From: Terriglobia bacterium
GTDB taxonomy: Bacteria; Acidobacteriota; Terriglobia; Acidiferrales; UBA7541
NCBI GenBank assembly: GCA_020072805.1
Contig: JAIQGC010000001.1
Coordinates: forward strand, 373 to 64,372
Direction: 5' to 3'
DNA: 64,000 nt
Shown here: piece by piece, positions 1 to 8,739 of the stretch
How the letters are laid out: every line of letters starts with the position of its first letter
Numbering within the stretch: position 1 is the first letter of the stretch
Notes under the pieces: generated by a model
Told to the model about the DNA's origin: nothing
Seen by the model: only the letters and a program-made list of their open reading frames with translations
Databases searched by the model: none
Made by a program: the position numbers and the translations under genes

Positions 1-1418
1 AGGCGCGCCACGCGCCGCGCCAGTCCCGCGCGGTGCACCACGTCGATCACCGCGTCAATGTCCTTGTACGCTTCGGGAACTTCTTCGAGGATGCCGTCGC
101 GCGTTTGCGAGCGCAGGAAAATGCCCCGGTCTTCGAGCTTCTTCGTTTCGTCGTGGACGTTGCGTCCGCGCTTGGCCGCCGTGCGCGACAAGGCCCGCCC
201 CGCTCCGTGGCACACCGTGCCGAAGGTCTCCTCCATGGCCCGCTGCGCGCCCACCAGGACGTAGCTGGCCGTGCCCATCGAGCCGGGAATAATCACCGGC
301 TGGCCCACGCCGCGATACGCCACGGGAATGAAGGGCGAACCCGGCGGGAAACTGCGCGTGGCTCCCTTGCGGTGCACCAGAACGCCGATCTCGGCGTGGT
401 TCACGCGGTGCTGCTCGCTTTTGGCCATATTATGCGAAACGTCGTAGACCAGCCGCAGGCGCGTCTGCTCCCCCAAAACCTGGCGAAACGATTTGCGCGT
501 GAGATGCGTGATCACCTGGCGATTGGCCCAGGCAAAATTCGCGGCCGCGGCCATGGCCCCCAGATAGGACTGTCCTTCCGGGGATTGCGAAGGCACGCAG
601 GCCAGCTGGCGGTCGGGCAGGGAGATGTTGTACTTGCGCATGGACTCGTTCATGGTCTTCAGGAAATCGGTGCAGACCTGATGGCCCAGTCCGCGCGAGC
701 CGCAGTGTATGAGCACGACGGCCTGGCCTTCGTGCAAGCCGAAGACCTGGGCGGTTTCCGGTTCGAAGATTTTTTCCACGTACTGCACTTCCAGAAAATG
801 GTTGCCGCTGCCCAGCGTGCCCAGTTGCGTGCGCCCGCGCTGCTTGGCGCGGTCGGAGACCTGCGTGGGGTCGGCGCTTGACAGTGAGCCGTGCTCTTCG
901 CAGTATTCCGTGTCGGCGGCTTCGCCATAGCCCTGTTCGACGGCCCAGGCCGCGCCGCGCGCCAGAACATTTTCCAGTTCGCTGCGCGAGACGGGCAGCG
1001 GCCCTTCCGCCCCGGTGCCCGAAGGAACGTCGCGGAAGAGTTGATTCACCAGCGCGCGCAGGTGCGGCGTAACGGCGTCGCGCTCAAGATTGGCGGCCAG
1101 CAGGCGCACGCCGCAGTTAATGTCGAAGCCCACGCCGCCGGGGGAGACCACGCCGTCCTTCAGCCGCGTGGCCGCCACCCCGCCGATGGGAAAACCGTAG
1201 CCCTGGTGCATGTCCGGCATGGCCAGCGAGCGGCCCACGATTCCTGGGAGGAAGGCGACGTTGATGGCCTGTTCGATGGAGAGGTCGCCGAGGATCTGCT
1301 CGAGCAGCTTTTCGTCGGCGTAGATGAGCGCGTCGGTGAGCATGCCCTCGCGCGTGCCCCGCGGGACCAGCCAGCGGTAGTCGTCAATCTTTTGCAGCGC
1401 GCTGCGGGGAATAGCCAT
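1..1418 (-). CDS. rtcB: RNA-splicing ligase RtcB (3' end runs off the window)
   Basis: Not in the ORF track because no stop lies in the window. I translated the minus strand from the ATG at 1418: [16 protein letters not shown]...[16 protein letters not shown]...[14 protein letters not shown]...[30 protein letters not shown]. These are the RtcB signature motifs. The length is normal, with no intein. Confidence 0.95.
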   Translation of the reverse strand, partial: [472 protein letters not shown]

Positions 1419-1546
1419 GGGGAGTAGCGCGCGCCCGGTATCCGCAGCCGGCCGGGGGAGGCCGGGGCTGCGGCTAGGCGCAGCCGCTAAGCTATGTTAA
1501 TCTTTTAAATCCAGCCAGGCTAGCGGCAACAGTCTGGGTGGCGTGT

Positions 1547-1623
1547 CGGGGCGTAGCGCAGCCTGGTAGCGCGCCTGGTTCGGGACCAGGAGGCCGTTGG
1601 TTCAAATCCAATCGCCCCGACCA
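1547..1623 (+). tRNA. tRNA-Pro (anticodon CGG)
   Basis: 77 nt. Acceptor stem CGGGGCG/CGCCCCG, anticodon arm CCTGG-TTCGGGA-CCAGG, T-loop GGTTCAAATCC, encoded CCA end. Confidence 0.97.
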
Positions 1624-1711
1624 CTTCAAGATTCAGCCAATCTCAAATTCAAGAGTGAATTAAAGTCAAGCCAAGCGACAGCGGCGGTGGCGCGTCCCGG
1701 CGAAGCCGGGA

Positions 1712-1744
1712 AGGCCGAAGGTTCAAATCCTTTTGCCCCGACCA
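1712..1744 (+). repeat. Duplicated 3' end of tRNA-Pro (att-like scar 1)
   Basis: AGGCCGAAGGTTCAAATCCTTTTGCCCCGACCA matches tRNA 1591-1623 at 28/33 nt. The next 4 nt (CTTC) are also shared. Confidence 0.85.
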
Positions 1745-1963
1745 CTTCTTCCCTTCGTTTCATCGGGTTACAGATTAGGCTGCGACAATGCCTTCCATTC
1801 TGTTTCCGGCTGCATCGACTGAACCCCGCTGATGGGACAGGTTTCGATGGTCCCACCTGCCGTCGTTTGTGTTTTCTTCACGCCTCCCGGAGATGCCGGG
1901 AAAATGCCCCCACAAGTCGAACTGGTCAATCCCCCGGCGAGGATGTAGACTTCGCCTCGCATC

Positions 1964-1978
1964 CGGCTATGCACTTGC
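1964..1978 (+). promoter_or_regulatory. Candidate sigma-54 (-24/-12) promoter
   Basis: CGGCTATGCACTTGC has exact GG-N10-GC spacing with TTGC, 70 nt upstream of the ATG at 2048. Confidence 0.4.
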
Positions 1979-2047
1979 CTGCATGCGTTATTGGGACGAG
2001 CCAAACGAGGAGATGTTCGAGGGCCAATAAATACACGGAGAGATTCC

Positions 2048-3949
2048 ATGGATAAGACTCGGGAGCATCGCGATCTTGGCATGGGGCGGCCCATCGCCCG
2101 GCGGGACTTCTTGAATGGTGTCGCCATCGGAATTACGGGTGCGTATGCTGCCTGGAACGGGATATCCGCGGAGGCTGCGCCGGTATCCACGATGGCGGAA
2201 GCAGCGCAGTACCCTCCTCTACAAACCGGACTGCGAGGTCAATACCCCGCGGCTGTCGAAGAATTCGAGCGCATTCGCCAGGGAAAGTTTACGCAATTTC
2301 CGGTGGCCGACAGCGAACTCCACGAAGAGTTTGACCTGGTCATTGTGGGAGGGGGAATCTCCGGCTTGTCCGCGGCGTATTTTTATCAGACAGCACTGGG
2401 CGCCGAGCAGCGCATCCTGATCCTGGACAACCACGACGATTTTGGCGGCCACGCCAAACGCAACGAATTTCAATATCGGGAGCGGACGTTTATCGGCTAC
2501 GGCGGCACCATGGGAATCGAGACGCCCTATCCGTACAGCTATTGCGCCAAGGCGCTCATCAAGGAACTGGGCATTGAAGTGGAGCGCGGCGCGGAATTCC
2601 ACAACCGCGAGATCGAGGAAAAGCACAATTTGGGCATCGGCGTGTTTTTCGACCGGGAACACTTCGGAGAGGACCGGCTGGTGGCGGGAGCGGGGCGCCT
2701 TCCCTGGAAAACATTTTTCGAAAAGGCTCCGCTCTCCGAAGCAGCCCGGAAGGACCTGATTCGCCTGCACGGCAAGAATCCTGATTACCTGGCGGGTTCC
2801 AGCGAAGCGGAAAAAAGAGCCCAGCTGGCCCGGATGAGCTATCAGGAGTTTCTGCTGAAGATTGCCAGGATCAACCCGGATGCGCTGCCTTTGTTTCTGG
2901 GAGAGGGTGGCCGAAACAATAAACGAGTGGACACCATGCCGGCGCTCGAAGCCGCGCGCCACGGGGCGATCGGCTTCAACGGCCTGGGTTTGAAGTTCGA
3001 GGAGAGTTTCAACGAAGGTTCCTACCTGTTTCACTTTCCAGACGGGAACGCATCGGTCGCCCGGCTTCTCGTTGGCAAGTTGATTCCCGCGGCTCTTCCC
3101 GGCAAACAATCCATGAACACCATCGTTCGGGCGCCGCTCGACTATGGAAAACTCGATGCCCCGGACTCCCCGGTGCGCATTCGCCTGAGCAGCCCGGTGG
3201 TGCGCGTGCAGCACGACGGGCCGGCGGAATCCGCGCGCGCCGTGCGCGTCGCTTACCGGTGCGATGGCAAACTCCGGGGCGTGCGGGCGCGCCACTGCAT
3301 TCTGGCCTGCTACAACGGATTCATTCCTTCCTTGCTGCCGGAGCTGCCCGAACGCCAGCGCGAGGCGCTCAACTATCCCGTCAAAGTGCCCATGATGTAC
3401 ACCAACGTGCTTCTGCGCAACTGGAGCGCATTTGAGAAGCTCGGTGTCTCCGCGATCAGCGCTCCGGGCATGTATCACACGGATTGCCGGCTCGATCCGG
3501 GCACCACCGTCGGAGGCTATCGCGGCGTAAGCACGCCGGAGGAGCCCATCCTGGTGCACCTGATGCGCAATCCGAATAAACCTGGGCTGCCCAGGAAAGA
3601 GCAGAACCGCGCCGGACAACAGGAACTGCTCTCGACGACTTTCGAACAGTTTGAATTTCAGATTCGCAGCCAGCTCGGACGCATGCTGGGGCCGGGAGGA
3701 TTTGATCCCGCTTCGGACATTGCCGCGATCACCGTCAACCGCTGGCCGTATGGATACGCCTATACTTACGACACCCTGGCGGACCCGGATGTGCCGCCGG
3801 AACAGCGCCCGCACGTGATTGGGCGGCAGCGCTTCGGACGGGTCACCATCGCCAACGCCGATGCCGGCGCCGCGGCCTTTACCAATCAGGCCATCGATGA
3901 GGCCCATCGCGCCGTGCAGGAACTCCTGGTGCACGAAGGGCTGACCTGA
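2048..3949 (+). CDS. Tat-exported FAD-dependent amine oxidoreductase, spermidine dehydrogenase (SpdH)-like
   Basis: Twin-arginine signal ARRDFLNG...AEA, FAD motif VIVGGGISGLSAA, DNHDDFGGHAKRNEF, ITVNRWPYGYAY, RVTIANADAG. RBS GGAG precedes ATG 2048, so I moved the start from the ORF-track 1991. Confidence 0.8.
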   Translation: MDKTREHRDLGMGRPIARRDFLNGVAIGITGAYAAWNGISAEAAPVSTMAEAAQYPPLQTGLRGQYPAAVEEFERIRQGKFTQFPVADSELHEEFDLVIVGGGISGLSAAYFYQTALGAEQRILILDNHDDFGGHAKRNEFQYRERTFIGYGGTMGIETPYPYSYCAKALIKELGIEVERGAEFHNREIEEKHNLGIGVFFDREHFGEDRLVAGAGRLPWKTFFEKAPLSEAARKDLIRLHGKNPDYLAGSSEAEKRAQLARMSYQEFLLKIARINPDALPLFLGEGGRNNKRVDTMPALEAARHGAIGFNGLGLKFEESFNEGSYLFHFPDGNASVARLLVGKLIPAALPGKQSMNTIVRAPLDYGKLDAPDSPVRIRLSSPVVRVQHDGPAESARAVRVAYRCDGKLRGVRARHCILACYNGFIPSLLPELPERQREALNYPVKVPMMYTNVLLRNWSAFEKLGVSAISAPGMYHTDCRLDPGTTVGGYRGVSTPEEPILVHLMRNPNKPGLPRKEQNRAGQQELLSTTFEQFEFQIRSQLGRMLGPGGFDPASDIAAITVNRWPYGYAYTYDTLADPDVPPEQRPHVIGRQRFGRVTIANADAGAAAFTNQAIDEAHRAVQELLVHEGLT

Positions 3950-4014
3950 GCCGGCGGGATGCGCGAGCGGAAGCGAGGGAACACGGTAACAATTTGGGAT
4001 CGCAGAATTTGGCC

Positions 4015-4554
4015 ATGAAGCGTGGAATTGCAATCTTCACTCTGCTCATTTTTCTGCCAGCTACGCTGGCGTGGCGCGAAGCTTCGGCGCGCGCGGCCAG
4101 GCAAGGTCAGAACGCCCCGGCAGCCAGGAGCGAACCGCCGGCGCAGCCGATTCCCTACAGTCATAAGAAGCACCTGGCCCTGGGGCTGAAATGCCAGCAG
4201 TGTCACCCTAACCCCGAACCGGGCGACCGCATGACTCTTCCCGCGGCAGGCCAATGCATGGCCTGCCATGTGACGATTGCCCGGGAAAAACCTTCCATCC
4301 AAAAGCTCGCGGAGTTTGCCAAATCGGGCCAAGCCATTCCCTGGGTGCGGTTCTACGTCGTCTCCGGCTGGGTCTATTGGAATCATCGCGTGCATCTGGA
4401 GGCCAAGATGACCTGCGCCATGTGTCACGGCCCGGTGGAAGAGATGGAGGTCATGGCCCGGGCGACCAATGTCACGACCATGGCTGGCTGCATCGAGTGT
4501 CACCGCAAGAACGATGCGAGCACCGGCTGTCAGTATTGCCACGCCGACAAATAG
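4015..4554 (+). CDS. Periplasmic pentaheme cytochrome c (cytochrome c3/ActA-like fold)
   Basis: Sec-type signal peptide. Five CxxCH motifs (CQQCH, CMACH, CAMCH, CIECH, CQYCH) plus the YSHKKH and WNHRVH distal-His motifs. Confidence 0.9.
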   Translation: MKRGIAIFTLLIFLPATLAWREASARAARQGQNAPAARSEPPAQPIPYSHKKHLALGLKCQQCHPNPEPGDRMTLPAAGQCMACHVTIAREKPSIQKLAEFAKSGQAIPWVRFYVVSGWVYWNHRVHLEAKMTCAMCHGPVEEMEVMARATNVTTMAGCIECHRKNDASTGCQYCHADK

Positions 4555-4797
4555 ATTCGCAAAGGACTGCGGAGGGGCTTGATTTCATGTCCCGCACGGA
4601 CAAGTCGAAGTCACTCGCAGGCAAGATGTACTGGCTCACCGCGCATAGGCTCCTGCCCGGGGATCCTGATTTCTCTCCCGGGGCGCCGGCGGAAATACGC
4701 GGGTTTCGTTCCTGCTTGCGCTTGGCCTGATCCGCATCATCAGGACGGCGAACAAGCCGAACCTGGCGCGGCAACGATTCTTCTTTGGAGGTTGCAA

Positions 4798-7700
4798 ATG
4801 AACACTTTCAGACTCTTGGCCATTCGGATTCTGGCTCTTGTGCTTCTCGTCTGCGGCAGCGCCCTCGCCCAGACTTCCACGACATCGCTGCAAGGCACCG
4901 TAACCGACCCCAGCGGCGGAGCCATTGCCAACGCCACGGTTGTGCTGGTTAACCCCGAGTCCAAATCGGAGAGGAGTACCACCACCGGCGCGCAGGGAGA
5001 GTACCGCTTCCAGTTTCTTCCTCCCGGAACCTACACGCTGACCGTCTCCGCCACGGGATTTGCCCGCCAAGAGCAGACTGGCCTGCAACTACTGGTCAAT
5101 ACGCCCGCAACGGCCAACGTGCAATTGAAGGTCGGAAGCGCCGCGGAGAGTGTTACCGTGAGTTCCGAACCACCGGCGCTGAATCTGGTGGACGCCTCCA
5201 TCGGGACCCCCTTCAATGAGACGCAGGTGAAACAGATTCCGCTCGAAGGCCGCAACGTTCCGGACTTGCTGAATATTCAGGCCGGCGTGACCTATCTAGG
5301 AAGAGAAGTGAACACAGAGCAAGACACGCGCAGCGGCGCGGTCAATGGCGCGCGCAGCGACCAGAGCAACATCACTCTCGATGGCGTGGACGTCAATAAC
5401 TTCAGTTCGGGATACGCTTTTACATCCGTCCTGCCGGTAACGCTCGACTCCGTCCAGGAATTCCGCGTGACCACCACGAATTACAATTCCGATCAGGGGC
5501 AAGGTTCGGGCGCCCAGGTGGCCATGATTACCAAGAGCGGGACGAATCTGTTCCATGGATCCGCCTACGAATACATGCGCAATACCGCGACCAGCTCCGC
5601 CGATTTTTTCACCAAGCAGTCCGAACTGGCCAGCGGCCAGCCCAACAAGCCGCTCAAGCTGATTCGCAATATTTTCGGAGTGTCCCTGGGCGGACCCGTG
5701 AAGAAAGACAAGCTGTTCTTTTTCACCAACTACGAAGGGACGCGCCGCCGGGAAGAGGTGAGCGCCGTGCGCACCATCCCCACGCCGTCGCTCTGCCAGG
5801 GAAACATTTCCTATGATAACGGCGCCGGCATCACCACCCTGACGCCGGCGGATATTCTGGCTCTGGACCCCGCCGGCATGGGGATCAATCCAGCGATTCT
5901 GGATCTCACCAACCCCAGCCAGCCGGGCGGGTACTTTGGCACGACCTTCTGCAACGGAAAGTATCCGACCAACGATACCTCCGTCGGGGATGGGAGGAAT
6001 TACGCCGGTTTTCGTTTCCGGGCCCCCATCAGCGAAAATAATAATGCTTTTATCGCGCGATTCGACTACCAGCTGACCTCGAACGGCAAACACACCTTGT
6101 TCTGGCGCGGGAACCTGCAGAATAAGAGTAATCTGGATGAGCCTTTCCTGCCCGGGACTCCCCCGGAACAGACCATCACCGACCACAGCAAGGGATTTGC
6201 CGTCGGATATACGGCGATTTTGAGCGCCAAGCTGGCCAATACCTTGCGTTGGGGATTGACCCGCCAGAGCACCGCTTGGACCGGAAACTCCAATCAGCCG
6301 TGGAACACTTTCCTGGGACTTGATCAGGGCATTGTCTATAGCCATAGCTTGCAGATGCCCGTGCATAACATCACCGATGATTTGTCGTGGACCAAGGGCG
6401 TGCACGCTCTGCAGTTCGGCGGCAATATCGGCATCGCCCGGGATCCCCGCGTCAGCTACCAGCACTCTTTCAGCATGGGCGTGGGAACCACGAGCTGGAT
6501 GGCCCCCACAAGTTTTGCCAACACCGGAGGCGGAAGCACGCTGGACCCAGCCAATCTGGGCTATCCAGAGCCTGTCAATACAATCGCTTATGATTATCCC
6601 ATGCTGTCCCTGCTGGGGATGGTTTCGCAGATGATCGGCAACTTCAATTACGACAAGAATGGCAATTCCTTGCCGTCTGGCGCACCGGTGGTTCGCGACT
6701 ACGCTCTGAACTGGTACGGCTTGTATGCCCAGGATACCTGGCGTCTCAAGCCGAATCTGACTGTTACCTACGGCCTGCGCTGGGAGATTTTGCCTCCGCC
6801 GTGGGAGGTGAACGGTTATCAGGCGTCTCCGACGGTCAATCTGGGTCAGATGTTTGACCAGAACGTGGCCAACATGCAGAAGGGCATCGGATTTGCCACC
6901 ATGACTCCGATTTCGTTCGTCCTGGGCGGCCCTGCCAATGGGGGGACCGGCTTCTACGAGTCCGAAAAGAACGATTTTGCGCCGCGCATTTCCGTTGCTT
7001 ACACCCCGCATTTCCAGAACGGCTTTATGCAGAAACTATTTGGCACGGGCGACAAGACCGTCTTGCGCGGTGGATTCGCCAAAGTCTACGACCGCCCCGG
7101 CATGCAGCTGATCAATACGTTTGACCAGAACGCACCCGCAGGCCTTTCCGCCACGGTGCAGAATCCCTGCTGCATTCCGGTGACGGACGGCGCCGAAAAC
7201 GTTCCGCGCATCACCAACATCAACGTGATTCCCCAGCTGGATCTGGCCAACAACCAATTCTTCCCGCTGGTGCCTCCGGGGGCTTTCCCGCAGACGCCCA
7301 ACCCCTTCGGCCAGGCCATCACCTGGGGAGTTGATCAGTCGCTCAAAAACCCCTATGCCTACACCATGGATTTTTCCATTGGCCGGCAACTGCCCAAAAA
7401 TTTCTCACTGCAACTTTCTTATGTCGGACGGATTGGGCGCAATCTGCTCACCCAGCGCGATCTGATGCAACCGCTCGATCTGGTGGATCCCAAGACGGGA
7501 ATTGATTACTACTCGGCCGCTGCCCGCATGTCCGAATTGGGACGCCAGGGCGTGCCGATTCCCAGCCTTAACGATGCCTTGGTCGGCCCCACCGCCGCCT
7601 TCTGGCATGACATGCTCCCGCCGCTCGCTGCCGGTGCCCAGTATTCCGTATTTTATGGCAGCGCGCCTCCGACAACGGACCTGATGCAAGCCATTTACAC

Positions 7701-8673
7701 TCTCTATACCACGGTGGACACCTATCCAGGGAACGAGGTCGTGGGTCTTGGCAACATCGACCTCTACTATGCCCTGAGCGACACACTCGGCAATTACTAC
7801 GACTTCGGCAACCCTCTGCCCACGCCCAATCCGCTGGTCGGAGACATGCTCAATGGCCAATTCTCCAGCATGTATGCATGGAGTTCCATCGGGAAGTCCA
7901 ATTACAATGGATTGCAAATCATTCTCCGCAAGCAGTCCAGCACCGGACTGCAATTCGATGTGAACTACACCTATTCCAAGTCCATTGACATCACCTCCGC
8001 GGCGGCTCGCGTAGGCTATAACCAGGGTCTGAACGGAAGCCAGTTGGTCAACGCTTTTTCACCCAATCAGAACCGTGCCGTCTCCGATTACGACACCAAG
8101 CATCAGATCAGCGCTGATTGGATTGCCTGGCTGCCTTTCGGCAAGGGAAAATATTTCGGCCGCGATGCCGGCAGCGTTTTGGATGCGGTCATCGGAGGCT
8201 GGCAGGTTTCCGGCCTGGCTCGCTGGACCAGCGGTTTCCCCTTCAGCGTGGGCAACGGCCAGTCCTGGGCCACCGACTGGAACTATTCCGGTCTCGCGAC
8301 TCTGCTCAGCCGGCCGGTCACCGGAGCGTTTCCGCAGCCGGATGGTTCGGTGAGTGTGTTCGCCAACCCCGCGGCGGCCAGAGCTGCCTTCGACAACACC
8401 TACCCGGGCCAGAGCGGCTCGCGCAATGTTCTCCGCGGGCCGGGCTATGCCGGGTGGGACATGAGCGTGAACAAACGCTGGAAGATCCACGGCGAACGCC
8501 AGGGCCTGCAATTTCGCTGGGAGATCTTCAATCTTCCGAACCTGAAACGCTTCAACACCCAGTCCGTTGCCAGTCCCTATACGCTTCAGCAGTTGCCGGG
8601 ATCGTTCGGTGATTACACCAGCCTGTTGACCGAAGCCCGCGTCATGCAATTCGCGCTGCGCTTTGACTTCTAA
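4798..8673 (+). CDS. TonB-dependent outer-membrane transporter with N-terminal carboxypeptidase-regulatory-like domain
   Basis: RBS GGAGG before ATG 4798, signal peptide, GTVTDPSGGAI domain, plug motifs (LDGVD, VQEFRVTT) and C-terminal ARVMQFALRFDF. Confidence 0.92.
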   Translation: MNTFRLLAIRILALVLLVCGSALAQTSTTSLQGTVTDPSGGAIANATVVLVNPESKSERSTTTGAQGEYRFQFLPPGTYTLTVSATGFARQEQTGLQLLVNTPATANVQLKVGSAAESVTVSSEPPALNLVDASIGTPFNETQVKQIPLEGRNVPDLLNIQAGVTYLGREVNTEQDTRSGAVNGARSDQSNITLDGVDVNNFSSGYAFTSVLPVTLDSVQEFRVTTTNYNSDQGQGSGAQVAMITKSGTNLFHGSAYEYMRNTATSSADFFTKQSELASGQPNKPLKLIRNIFGVSLGGPVKKDKLFFFTNYEGTRRREEVSAVRTIPTPSLCQGNISYDNGAGITTLTPADILALDPAGMGINPAILDLTNPSQPGGYFGTTFCNGKYPTNDTSVGDGRNYAGFRFRAPISENNNAFIARFDYQLTSNGKHTLFWRGNLQNKSNLDEPFLPGTPPEQTITDHSKGFAVGYTAILSAKLANTLRWGLTRQSTAWTGNSNQPWNTFLGLDQGIVYSHSLQMPVHNITDDLSWTKGVHALQFGGNIGIARDPRVSYQHSFSMGVGTTSWMAPTSFANTGGGSTLDPANLGYPEPVNTIAYDYPMLSLLGMVSQMIGNFNYDKNGNSLPSGAPVVRDYALNWYGLYAQDTWRLKPNLTVTYGLRWEILPPPWEVNGYQASPTVNLGQMFDQNVANMQKGIGFATMTPISFVLGGPANGGTGFYESEKNDFAPRISVAYTPHFQNGFMQKLFGTGDKTVLRGGFAKVYDRPGMQLINTFDQNAPAGLSATVQNPCCIPVTDGAENVPRITNINVIPQLDLANNQFFPLVPPGAFPQTPNPFGQAITWGVDQSLKNPYAYTMDFSIGRQLPKNFSLQLSYVGRIGRNLLTQRDLMQPLDLVDPKTGIDYYSAAARMSELGRQGVPIPSLNDALVGPTAAFWHDMLPPLAAGAQYSVFYGSAPPTTDLMQAIYTLYTTVDTYPGNEVVGLGNIDLYYALSDTLGNYYDFGNPLPTPNPLVGDMLNGQFSSMYAWSSIGKSNYNGLQIILRKQSSTGLQFDVNYTYSKSIDITSAAARVGYNQGLNGSQLVNAFSPNQNRAVSDYDTKHQISADWIAWLPFGKGKYFGRDAGSVLDAVIGGWQVSGLARWTSGFPFSVGNGQSWATDWNYSGLATLLSRPVTGAFPQPDGSVSVFANPAAARAAFDNTYPGQSGSRNVLRGPGYAGWDMSVNKRWKIHGERQGLQFRWEIFNLPNLKRFNTQSVASPYTLQQLPGSFGDYTSLLTEARVMQFALRFDF

Positions 8674-8739
8674 GCGCCTCGCGGAAGGGACTGAACTCTG
8701 CTCTGGCCGGGGAGGCCGCCCCGGCTTGGCGCATCGCCC

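Noticed and set aside
1680-1748. YrlA-type Y RNA of an rsr-yrlBA-rtcBA system
   Set aside because: No Ro60/TROVE, rtcA or rtcR gene is visible in the window, the element is on the opposite strand from rtcB, and it is explained by duplication of the tRNA-Pro 3' end.
4579-4797. N-terminal extensions of ORF-track calls (also 1991, 3994, 30852, 39107, 39566, 41929, 49759, 51887, 53232, 60304)
   Set aside because: Downstream starts have better RBS or signal peptides and match family N-termini. Some extensions run through promoters, riboswitches or neighbouring genes.
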